From a virus (taxonomy: Duplodnaviria; Caudoviricetes), in the IMG/VR virus record IMGVR_UViG_3300043472_000004, positions 1 through 61,723 of that record: a DNA stretch of 61,723 bases. One strand, given 5' to 3'. Positions 8,248 to 15,843 of this stretch are shown in pieces (the first letter of the stretch is position 1; every line of letters starts with the position of its first letter). The notes beneath the pieces were generated by a model that worked only from the letters and a program-made list of their open reading frames with translations, had not been told where the DNA came from and did not search any database. The position numbers and the translations under genes were made by a program.

Positions 8248-8559
8248 CTACGCATTGCGCTGCACCTCTTGCATGATGATGGTCCGGACGGCGTGAACGA
8301 GAGGAACGAACTTGAGGGAAGCAACACGCACGATAACGTTTTGCTTCACGATCAGTTCTTGCCCATCGAGCAGAGACATGAGCTCATCCGCTCCGGAGAG
8401 TACGTGATCTGTACTCGAATCCTTACGGGCACGTTTTGAGGCACCATGGAAGACATATTCCAGATTCGAATATACTCCCTTGTTTGTGGCCTTGTTCGCG
8501 GTCGAGTAGTTGACCACGCGGCGCGCTTTGAGTGCGCGGGGTTGCGTTGATCCGTACAT
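8248..8559 (-). CDS. Basic hypothetical protein directly downstream of the structured region
   Basis: SD AGAAAGGG; K/R-rich N-terminal half. Confidence 0.7.
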   Translation of the reverse strand: MYGSTQPRALKARRVVNYSTANKATNKGVYSNLEYVFHGASKRARKDSSTDHVLSGADELMSLLDGQELIVKQNVIVRVASLKFVPLVHAVRTIIMQEVQRNA

Positions 8560-8575
8560 AATGCACCCTTTCTTT

Positions 8576-9395
8576 GAGTAGTGACACTGCTAGATATATT
8601 TAGATATATTCCAAGCTAGAAGCATTACTACCCACACAAGCAACGTCCATAAGAGGGCATAGTTTCTGCCCGATTACATATGACCCGCGCTTGTGTGAGC
8701 GCGCATGTATTTAGAGAGATTTCACCCATTACTAGCTAAGTTTTACGTGACGCTTACAAAGTGAATAAGCGCGAACCTCCCCGTCAAGAGTGGGGTCCAG
8801 TCCTATAGATCAGAATATAATCGCGTCATGTGCTACCAGTTTTATCTTTTGGCACAGAGTTTTCATGGTTGAAATAGTTTAGAGTTATCGCTAATGTTGA
8901 GAATGCATAGTTATCCTAATGCGCAGGGGACCCGCTTACTCGCGGTTAGATTCCATTGCCTTATTACAACTAACTCTCGATTAGAGACAAAAATAGCGGT
9001 CTCATTTCCTTTCAGGGTAGTGTCACTACGTGCCACCTAAAAGAGAGAAATTTGACGGTTCTCTAGCTTAGGGAAGCAATCGTAACCTATGCCTTAGTCG
9101 AAGACGCTCATTGCTGCACGCCTCACTTTTGCCCTCCTAGCAGGAAATTCTGACAATCCTAGCTAGTTACGTGTGCCTTATCTCACACACGAAGGTATCT
9201 CCGGAATACAACGCGCCGGGATCGAGTAGTACCGGAACGCGTAACGGATCAAGCATGTTCCAAAGCGACCGACAGGGCGACTCATGCGAGTCCCGAATGC
9301 CTTACGGGGTGGAATGAAATTAATCATTGCATGACATCGATGTGATGTCAATAGTTAGCTCGGTTGGCACCCTGTGGAAGCGGTGCCGGTTGAAC
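8576..9395 (-). ncRNA. Candidate large structured ncRNA or structured leader
   Basis: No ORF of 60 aa or more on either strand; long-range 13-bp helix 8578-8590/9017-9029 plus more than 10 nested hairpins; candidate promoter TTGTGC-17-CAGTCT at about 9431-9403. Confidence 0.6.
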
Positions 9396-9706
9396 AAGTC
9401 CCAGACTGCCATGGATTCCAAACGGGCACAAGACCTTTTCGGGGGTAGAAGTTGAGTTCTACTCATTGCGGCTCTGTGCGGCGTTCTAACGCGTTGGACC
9501 CCCTATCTGGCATCCCACTACCAACCTGACCCTGATAAGCGCTTGACGGGGCGATTCTGTGCCAGCGGACATAGTAATGCCCCCTGCCAGTTCAACAGGG
9601 GGCGGGTTTCGGTTATCGGGGGATGATTCCGAGTGCAAGCCATATGGTGGCGGTCACTGCCAGCACTGCTATGGCTAGGTCACGGATTGCAACGATTGCG
9701 CGCATG

Positions 9707-9952
9707 TCATTCACCCCCGATCCATGTCACGTCACCGGATGGCAACAGAGTCACGTTGCCTGAGGGTAGCCAATCGGACTCAGCGCGTGATGCTTCGATG
9801 TCGCTTGCATCCGTTTGGGGGTAGGCCATAACCCACCCATAGCGTGTATTGAAGACCCGCGCGGCCTTGACACGAGCACCCCTAACCGTGGTCGCTGTGA
9901 CCTCGCCTAGTGTGCGTGATGTGGTCATGTCGGTGATGGTGTATGTGCTCAT
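9707..9952 (-). CDS. Hypothetical protein (likely early gene)
   Basis: SD AGGAG before MSTYTITD; in frame with an upstream ATG at 10195. Confidence 0.6.
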   Translation of the reverse strand: MSTYTITDMTTSRTLGEVTATTVRGARVKAARVFNTRYGWVMAYPQTDASDIEASRAESDWLPSGNVTLLPSGDVTWIGGE

Positions 9953-10480
9953 GATGTGTGTGCTCCTAGGTTGGTCAGTGCGTGGTCGTGGTGTGGTAGT
10001 CGTCGGTGGCGTATCCATCGGCGGGGTGTGCGTGGTGTCGTCTGCCCACTGGTACGTGGACGCCTCTAGCTCAGTGGCTATGGCCTCGTATGTGCTGGCA
10101 CTGGCTGCGCTGCGCGCGTCGTCGTGGTGCTCCACGCGTGGCGCGTATGTGGGCGCGTCGGTCGGTGGATATGTGGTGCGTGTGTATGTGCTCATGTGTG
10201 TCAGTGTACGCGTGATAGTGGTGTGTGCGTGGTGCGTGGTACCCCCAGTGTAGGGGTGATATGCGTAGTACGGTAGACAGGGTGGTCATGGCATCGTGCG
10301 CGCGTGTGCGTGTGGTGTGTGTACGTGGTGGCGTGGCCTGTCGAGGGGTGGCGCGACTGTCGAAATCGGGGAAAGAAAACAGAAAGTTCTGTCTACCCCT
10401 GTTCGTGGGGTGGGCTGGAGGTATGCGACAAAATGTCCACAAAAAGTCCCTGATCTTTGCCCCTAATTTTTTAAAATCCC
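9886..10480. other. Compositionally anomalous junction between the two genome arms; candidate terminus/packaging region
   Basis: GT-rich tract almost lacking AA/TT, followed by A/T tracts; transcription diverges here. Confidence 0.45.
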
Positions 10481-10568
10481 CCTTGCGAAGCTGAGTTTAA
10501 TGTCATACCTACCCAATACTCCTGAGAACCCCGCAAGACCACTATCAAACTCCTGAAAAACGCGTAAT

Positions 10569-10597
10569 TTGACAATAGTCCCCTGAGCCTGTAACGT
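10569..10597 (+). promoter_or_regulatory. SigA-type promoter
   Basis: TTGACA-17nt-TAACGT; SD AGGAGAGG downstream. Confidence 0.7.
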
Positions 10598-10622
10598 TAT
10601 TAGTACTAGGAGAGGAAGCCCT

Positions 10623-11657
10623 GTGAATGCACGTGTATATCCAGACCCGGTAGTATACTTAGCCGGTCCCATGACGGGTATTAAGCACTTCAACGCTGAA
10701 GCGTTCGAGAAGTACGCTGCGCGCCTGCGTGAGTACGGTTATAACGTCGTTAGCCCCCTTGAGCACGACATGGAGGGCGGTTTTAACCCCTTCCGGTGGG
10801 ACGGATCGGAGTCTATGTCTGAGACGGGCTTTGATCTAGAGGCTGCCATGAAGTGGGATTTGGAGCAGGTTCGCCACGCTGATGCAGTAGCAGTGATCCC
10901 TATGCCCTCTTTGAACTGGAAGTCTAAGGGACTCGATGCTGAAATCGGGACGGCAAAGAACTACGGGGTTCCTGTCTACTACTTGACCTCAAGGTTTCTA
11001 GCTGTGGATTCACAAAGACATCCCACCAAAGCAGATACCCATTTTCCTTGCCGCGCATGTGACCCTCTTCTTTTGGGTAAGCCCTTTGGTCAGCAGGCAA
11101 TGAGGAACTACTCTACTGGTGGCTACACCGGAGCGATTAATAATATTCAGTGGGAAACGGGGTCAGCGGCTTATATGGGAAAGATCGACTATATGAGTTA
11201 TCCGACTACATATAACACTCTGTCGGCTAAGGATAAGTTAGACATCTTGGAGAGAAAAATAGATGGACTGGAAAAAAAGAGCTCAGGAACACCATCCTCA
11301 ACAGGAGACGGACGAAGCACGGGAGTGGTTGAAGAGGTACGAACTACTTCAAGTACTGGTGGACAAAAGGGTGTTAAATCCGCCCGCTACGACCTCATTC
11401 CAACAGGAGCTCTTAGACAGCTTGCCGAGCATTACGGAAGGGGTGCTGAGAAGTATGATGATAACCAGTGGCGTAAAGGTTACGAATGGTCTAAATCCTA
11501 CGCGGCACTCCAGCGTCATGCCACTGAGTTCTGGAGCGGGGAAGACTTCGATGAAGAGACAGGCTCGAATCATCTTGCGGCTGTCGCATGGCACGCACTG
11601 ACATTGCTCACCTTCTATGACGAGCACCCCGACTTTGACGACAGGTTCACGTCATGA
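10623..11657 (+). CDS. Fusion: DUF4406/nucleoside 2-deoxyribosyltransferase-like domain + dATP/dGTP diphosphohydrolase (DUF5664-like) domain
   Basis: VYLAGPMTG...FN..AF...S.G...E at the N-terminus; K..RYDLIP..AL......GA.KY...W.KG......ALQRH...GED.D.ETG..HLA..AW at the C-terminus. Confidence 0.85.
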   Translation: MNARVYPDPVVYLAGPMTGIKHFNAEAFEKYAARLREYGYNVVSPLEHDMEGGFNPFRWDGSESMSETGFDLEAAMKWDLEQVRHADAVAVIPMPSLNWKSKGLDAEIGTAKNYGVPVYYLTSRFLAVDSQRHPTKADTHFPCRACDPLLLGKPFGQQAMRNYSTGGYTGAINNIQWETGSAAYMGKIDYMSYPTTYNTLSAKDKLDILERKIDGLEKKSSGTPSSTGDGRSTGVVEEVRTTSSTGGQKGVKSARYDLIPTGALRQLAEHYGRGAEKYDDNQWRKGYEWSKSYAALQRHATEFWSGEDFDEETGSNHLAAVAWHALTLLTFYDEHPDFDDRFTS

Positions 11658-11819
11658 TTCTGCACGATGAATACAGCGTCGTTTACGGCTCATCGACCAT
11701 GAGGGTTAGAATGCGCTCTAAGTCCTACCTGACCATTGCGGAAGCTGAGAATTTTGTACCGCCGCCACATGAGCAGATTATCCGTATCGAACACCGTTCA
11801 GTAACAGCATGGGAGCCCA

Positions 11820-12014
11820 TTGATGAGTAAGTACTATGTAGTGCACGAACCCGGTGATCGCGATGCCACTATATTCAAGACAGCGTTTGGTTACGTGGGA
11901 GCGACTGACTACAAGGAAGAGGATGAGTTTTTCATTCGACACTTTGCAACCGGTTGGTCTAACGACATGATAAAGTTGGCACAGGAACTGAATGGAGTAG
12001 ATCATGACAAATAG
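11820..12014 (+). CDS. Hypothetical protein
   Basis: ORF track, coupled operon. Confidence 0.55.
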   Translation: MMSKYYVVHEPGDRDATIFKTAFGYVGATDYKEEDEFFIRHFATGWSNDMIKLAQELNGVDHDK

Positions 12015-12297
12015 GACGATCCTCACAGTGGATCACGCGTATGATGGTGGCTCGCGGTTGGAGCTCATCTTCACGGGGCGGATCAACAGTGCAGATTTGT
12101 GCTCAATGGTGGCGGAGATTGCACAGAGCTTTACTGCCGATGTGGTGATGGTTGATGGTCGTGGAGCGGACTATACGTTGCCGGAAGCGGTGGAGGACTC
12201 TATTAAGGCGATGGAGTTGTCTATTCCTGTCGTGCCGGTCACCGACGCGGCTATTTGGGGCGACCGCCTCTTTGAAGCGAAGCAGTTGGTCAAGTAG
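12004..12297 (+). CDS. Hypothetical protein
   Basis: SD GGAG; coupled operon. Confidence 0.6.
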   Translation: MTNRTILTVDHAYDGGSRLELIFTGRINSADLCSMVAEIAQSFTADVVMVDGRGADYTLPEAVEDSIKAMELSIPVVPVTDAAIWGDRLFEAKQLVK

Positions 12298-12479
12298 TGG
12301 ATATTTACAACACCAAGCTCGCTGACCAGCCTCAAGACGAGTGGATCAATTCTATCCTTTGGCGACTCGGCGTGGCTACTGGTCGGATTATGGTTGGTCA
12401 GGGTACCATCAGGATTGACGCTGATGAGATTCTGGAACAAGCAGAAGATATTATTTGGAGGTCTCGTTCCGTTGAGTGA
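12297..12479 (+). CDS. Hypothetical protein
   Basis: Start overlaps upstream stop. Confidence 0.55.
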   Translation: MDIYNTKLADQPQDEWINSILWRLGVATGRIMVGQGTIRIDADEILEQAEDIIWRSRSVE

Positions 12480-12642
12480 AAAACTAACACGTACCGTTGA
12501 AGAGACGGAACACACTGGCGGCTTTAAGTTTGAAGGCAAGATGTACCTTGATGGTCGTCTTGTCTCTATTGATCATGGTGCATCACGCAAACAGGTTGAA
12601 GATGCACAGCGTATTTATGCAGAGTATAGGGGTTGGCTATGA
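12472..12642 (+). CDS. Hypothetical protein
   Basis: TTG start after SD GGAGG. Confidence 0.5.
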   Translation: MSEKLTRTVEETEHTGGFKFEGKMYLDGRLVSIDHGASRKQVEDAQRIYAEYRGWL

Positions 12643-12887
12643 GTTGCGTAGGCGATATTAACAAGCCCAACTATGAGCTTAAGGCAGAAGCCAAACGTGA
12701 TGAAGCTCACGTTATCTACCCTTATGAAGCCAAGGACGAAGACGGAAAGTTTACTTTTCTAGTTTTGGGACCAGATACTTACGCCAGTGGGGATGGAAGT
12801 CTTGTCGTATGGCGGGGAGTACCGTATGCTCGTGTTGAGAAAGTCAATCTACCAGACCCGGTAGAGCAAGCTAATGGGAGTGACTAA
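12639..12887 (+). CDS. Hypothetical protein
   Basis: ATGA overlap. Confidence 0.6.
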   Translation: MSCVGDINKPNYELKAEAKRDEAHVIYPYEAKDEDGKFTFLVLGPDTYASGDGSLVVWRGVPYARVEKVNLPDPVEQANGSD

Positions 12888-13075
12888 TGGAAGACGAAAC
12901 ATTTAGGGATAACGATCAGTACTTGATCAACATCCTGTGGGAGGCGAAGCAACTCCACGGAGAGCTCGCTAGCTTGTACCGTACGCGGTCGAACGATAAG
13001 GCACGGGTGAGTACCCTCTGGCGTGAAATTGAGAAGCGAGAAGCGCTCCTACAGCTTAGTGGGGTGGATGTCTGA
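12887..13075 (+). CDS. Hypothetical protein
   Basis: TAATG overlap. Confidence 0.6.
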   Translation: MEDETFRDNDQYLINILWEAKQLHGELASLYRTRSNDKARVSTLWREIEKREALLQLSGVDV

Positions 13076-13281
13076 TGAATCACGAGCCTAGAGAAGGTGG
13101 AGATTTCCATATCCCCGGTAGGGTCCAGACTGAGAGCGAAAAGCGTTGGCTGTCATGGTCCATCTTAACGGCGGCACGAGTGAAGCACTCCTATCAAGGA
13201 ACGGTCACGGAGAAGGTCAGGGCTGCCCGACGTAAAAAGAATAAAGTAGCTAAGGCGAGCAGGAAGGCAAACCGTGGGTAA
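13075..13281 (+). CDS. Small basic protein
   Basis: YQGTV...RRKKNKVAKASRKANR, a C-terminus common in actinophage small proteins. Confidence 0.7.
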   Translation: MNHEPREGGDFHIPGRVQTESEKRWLSWSILTAARVKHSYQGTVTEKVRAARRKKNKVAKASRKANRG

Positions 13282-13449
13282 GGCAAAAGAGGACTTGAAC
13301 ATACTTTTAGATTATCTGGCGAATGGTTATGTTCTTACTAGTGCGCAAGGTTTGGGTTACGTGCGCGCAGAGCGTCTTTCGAAATTAGGTTACGAAGTGG
13401 TTGAAGTTTATCCAAGTACATTTACAAACTATAAGAAAAAGGCGAACCG

Positions 13450-13647
13450 ATGAAACTAGCAGATGATCTAGCACAGGGGTTCTTTATTGAGTACCTTAAT
13501 AGGGACCCTGAGTACCTTGATGTAGCTGAGTATGTCATGGAAAATACTGACAATGACGATGAGAATGAGGAATTAACAGCTAGGGTTTATACTCAGGTCG
13601 TGGACGCTTTTGAATATATTCGGGAGCAGCTTAATGAATCGCTATAA
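13450..13647 (+). CDS. Acidic hypothetical protein
   Basis: SD AAAGG. Confidence 0.6.
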   Translation: MKLADDLAQGFFIEYLNRDPEYLDVAEYVMENTDNDDENEELTARVYTQVVDAFEYIREQLNESL

Positions 13648-13888
13648 GGTGAACGCCGTGGTACAGGGCGATACTGAGAACGAGGTTGCCGCTAAGATCA
13701 TGGTCGCTGCCTACACGCAGGAATTCGAGATAGAGGAACTAGACGTGGAGATTATTGATCCTGAAGTGCGCTTCCTTGCTGAGGATGTACCAGAGGATAA
13801 CAATCCTAATCAGCCGTTCCACTTTCCCCATATTACCGAACTGATTAACGGACTACAGAAGAAGGCTAAAGATGCCAACGATTCTTGA
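13634..13888 (+). CDS. Hypothetical protein
   Basis: ATG after SD GGAG. Confidence 0.6.
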   Translation: MNRYKVNAVVQGDTENEVAAKIMVAAYTQEFEIEELDVEIIDPEVRFLAEDVPEDNNPNQPFHFPHITELINGLQKKAKDANDS

Positions 13889-14060
13889 TAAGCTTGACGA
13901 GATTGTTCAGGGCCTAGGTCTTGATATTCCACACGTAATAAGCGTTACCGCTGCGGACCGAATGCTAGTGGTGAAAGCTAGGGGTCCAGTGGGTGGCATG
14001 GCATATAGTCTCTTCACCTACCCTCTAACAACAGAATTGGGGATAAAAGATGCCAATTGA
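13872..14060 (+). CDS. Hypothetical protein
   Basis: ORF track, coupled. Confidence 0.55.
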   Translation: MPTILDKLDEIVQGLGLDIPHVISVTAADRMLVVKARGPVGGMAYSLFTYPLTTELGIKDAN

Positions 14061-14241
14061 GCCACTACCTCCGCTACCCGGTCCCGTTGCACAGACACAG
14101 AAGATCAACGAGATTGTAGCCTTCCTGAACAATATCCAAAAAGCAGGTGATGCGAGCTACCTAGTTTGGACGGGGGACGTGACATACATCCCAAATCGCC
14201 CACCCTTTCTACAAAAACTCATCGACGGAGCAACACCATGA
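14050..14241 (+). CDS. Hypothetical protein
   Basis: ORF track, coupled. Confidence 0.55.
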   Translation: MPIEPLPPLPGPVAQTQKINEIVAFLNNIQKAGDASYLVWTGDVTYIPNRPPFLQKLIDGATP

Positions 14242-14537
14242 CCGAGGCAGAGAAGGGGAAGCCCGACTTCGACGGAAAGATCATCCTCATCGATGAGAAC
14301 AACATGCGCCAGCCAACCAATCTTGAGCTCGCCGAACTGATCATGATGAGCAATGCTTCCGTAATGGCTATGACGCAGCTTATTATGGTCAACCGTGACA
14401 TCATGAGTGAAGATGATGAGCTTCAGGACTCCATTGATGATCTGAGTGTCTCTAATAACTCCCTGACGCAGTGGTGGTATGGACTGCTCAAGGTCAAGGA
14501 AGAGAAGACCGTAGATGATCCAAAGCTGTTCGAGTAA
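14238..14537 (+). CDS. Hypothetical protein
   Basis: ATGA overlap, SD GGAG. Confidence 0.6.
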   Translation: MTEAEKGKPDFDGKIILIDENNMRQPTNLELAELIMMSNASVMAMTQLIMVNRDIMSEDDELQDSIDDLSVSNNSLTQWWYGLLKVKEEKTVDDPKLFE

Positions 14538-14540
14538 GGC

Positions 14541-14569
14541 TTGCATCCCGACTGGAGTTGTAATAAGAT
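14541..14569 (+). promoter_or_regulatory. SigA-type promoter upstream of the RNA-gene cluster
   Basis: TTGCAT-17nt-TAAGAT. Confidence 0.55.
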
Positions 14570-14648
14570 AGTCAAGCAACTCAAGAGGGACTCGCGCCTA
14601 CGACCAGCGAGCCACAGGTTGATAACCCACTATCACTTGAAGATGAGC

Positions 14649-14678
14649 TTGACATGCTGCTTGCCAGCGTGCTAGTAT
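14649..14678 (+). promoter_or_regulatory. SigA-type promoter of the tRNA cluster
   Basis: TTGACA-18nt-TAGTAT (TGn extended). Confidence 0.6.
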
Positions 14679-14733
14679 AGTCTCATCGCCCCCCAACTAG
14701 ATCGGAAACGGTTTACGCGGGGGGCAAAAATAA

Positions 14734-14807
14734 CAGTCTATGGGAAAGTTTGGGAATCCGCTCGCCTTGGAAGCGAGAGAACGTAGGTTCAAATCCTACT
14801 GGACTGA
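14734..14807 (+). tRNA. tRNA-Pro(TGG)
   Basis: Cloverleaf; anticodon arm CTCGC-cttggaa-GCGAG; T loop TTCAAAT. Confidence 0.88.
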
Positions 14808-14862
14808 CTGTGGAGGGGTAGTAGGAGCACAAACTCCCATGACCTATCCCTCCGCAGCATTT

Positions 14863-14935
14863 GGCTCTCTATTCCAACGGTAGAGAAAACGGTTTTAGAA
14901 ACCGTCCAGTGAGAGTTCGAATCTCTCGGGAGCCA
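14863..14935 (+). tRNA. tRNA-Leu(TAG), short variable loop
   Basis: ACGGT-tttagaa-ACCGT; T loop TTCGAAT. Confidence 0.85.
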
Positions 14936-14936
14936 C

Positions 14937-15010
14937 GGTGGTTGTGACAGAATGGCAATTGTGCCGGGTTGTGAACCTGAGCTTTGTGGGATCGTTCCCC
15001 ACCTACCACA
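14937..15010 (+). tRNA. tRNA-His(GTG)
   Basis: CCGGG-ttgtgaa-CCTGA; G-1 present; atypical T loop ATCGTTC. Confidence 0.75.
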
Positions 15011-15072
15011 CTTGGTAACTTAATAGAAGTACCCGAACCCCACCGAAAGGTGAAAGGCTTAGTTCGGGGTTT

Positions 15073-15149
15073 GCCTTGGGCGCTGGGACGCAAGGGGGTC
15101 TGTAAAATCCTCCCCATTGGGTAGCAATGTTCGATTCATTGACGAGGCA
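15073..15149 (+). tRNA. tRNA-Tyr(GTA), reduced D arm
   Basis: GGGGT-ctgtaaa-ATCCT; variable arm; T loop TTCGATT. Confidence 0.75.
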
Positions 15150-15237
15150 CGCAGGGCGCAACTACCCCTTGAGCATAATAGGCAATCCGGCTCTCCCGCT
15201 GAATGTATGGACCCGTCGCCAAAAATAGTTGCACCTT

Positions 15238-15308
15238 GGCTTGTTAGTCTAAAAGTAAAACCCTAGCTTGAAACCCTAGAGAACGCGGGGCGGTACCGCG
15301 ACTAGCCA
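15238..15308 (+). tRNA. tRNA-Phe(GAA), atypical
   Basis: CTAGC-ttgaaac-CCTAG; T arm CGCGG-ggcggta-CCGCG. Confidence 0.65.
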
Positions 15309-15313
15309 CGTAC

Positions 15314-15386
15314 GCCTTTGTACCCCAATCGGCAGAGGAACGGCTTCAAAACCCGTATAGTGCGAGTTCGAATCTCGCCAAAGGCA
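15314..15386 (+). tRNA. tRNA-Leu(CAA), short variable loop
   Basis: ACGGC-ttcaaaa-CCCGT; Leu-type D loop; T loop TTCGAAT. Confidence 0.8.
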
Positions 15387-15387
15387 C

Positions 15388-15460
15388 TCGCTATTAGTAT
15401 ATCGGTAGATTACCCCGCTCTGATAAGGCGGTGAGGACAGTTCAACTCTGTCATAGCGTA
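15388..15460 (+). tRNA. tRNA-Ile(GAT)
   Basis: CCGCT-ctgataa-GGCGG. Confidence 0.85.
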
Positions 15461-15465
15461 CGTAA

Positions 15466-15537
15466 GCGTTTATAGTGTAAAGGTAAACACGCTTCCCTGT
15501 CACGGAAGTAGTTGGGGTTCAATTCCCCATAGACGCG
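15466..15537 (+). tRNA. tRNA-Asp(GTC)
   Basis: CTTCC-ctgtcac-GGAAG; discriminator G. Confidence 0.9.
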
Positions 15538-15541
15538 CTTA

Positions 15542-15612
15542 GCTCCCTTGGTGTAGAGGCAACACGTTTCCCCCTCAAGGAAAGATCGAGAGTTCAATTC
15601 TCTCAGGGAGTA
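15542..15612 (+). tRNA. tRNA-Glu(CTC)
   Basis: TTTCC-ccctcaa-GGAAA (C33). Confidence 0.85.
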
Positions 15613-15613
15613 C

Positions 15614-15686
15614 GCCCTCTTAGCACAACGGATACTGCAAGTGCCTACGAAGCAAAAGAGTTCGGGTTCGAATCCCGAAGAGGGCT
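15614..15686 (+). tRNA. tRNA-Arg(ACG)
   Basis: TGC-ctacgaa-GCA; T loop TTCGAAT. Confidence 0.82.
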
Positions 15687-15752
15687 CGGAGTTGCGGTAC
15701 GGCTAAGACCGCGTAAAATGACCTGTCGCCGGTTGTATATCTCACCAATCTC

Positions 15753-15824
15753 GGTGGCTTGGCCGATTGGTGAAGCGTGGCGCTGCAAACGTCATATAAG
15801 TCGGTTCGATTCCGACAGCTACCT
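15753..15824 (+). tRNA. tRNA-Cys(GCA)
   Basis: TGGCG-ctgcaaa-CGTCA; discriminator U. Confidence 0.85.
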
Positions 15825-15843
15825 CTGTTAGAATGGAAGCATC

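Noticed and set aside
8576-9395. tmRNA, RNase P or group II intron identity for the structured region
   Set aside because: I found no tRNA-like ends or tag frame, no RNase P P4 signature and no domain V motif by eye
15011-15070. HDV-like (theta) ribozyme after tRNA-His
   Set aside because: Only a P2/P4-like nest is visible; I could not find the P1, P3 and P1.1 pairings
15314-15386. Opal (TCA) suppressor or Sec tRNA reading of CTTCAAA
   Set aside because: Stem symmetry centres the loop on CAA and the D loop is Leu-type
15742-15772. Leader TCACCAATC complementary to the tRNA-Cys D loop
   Set aside because: A single 9-bp match could be chance; there is no other support
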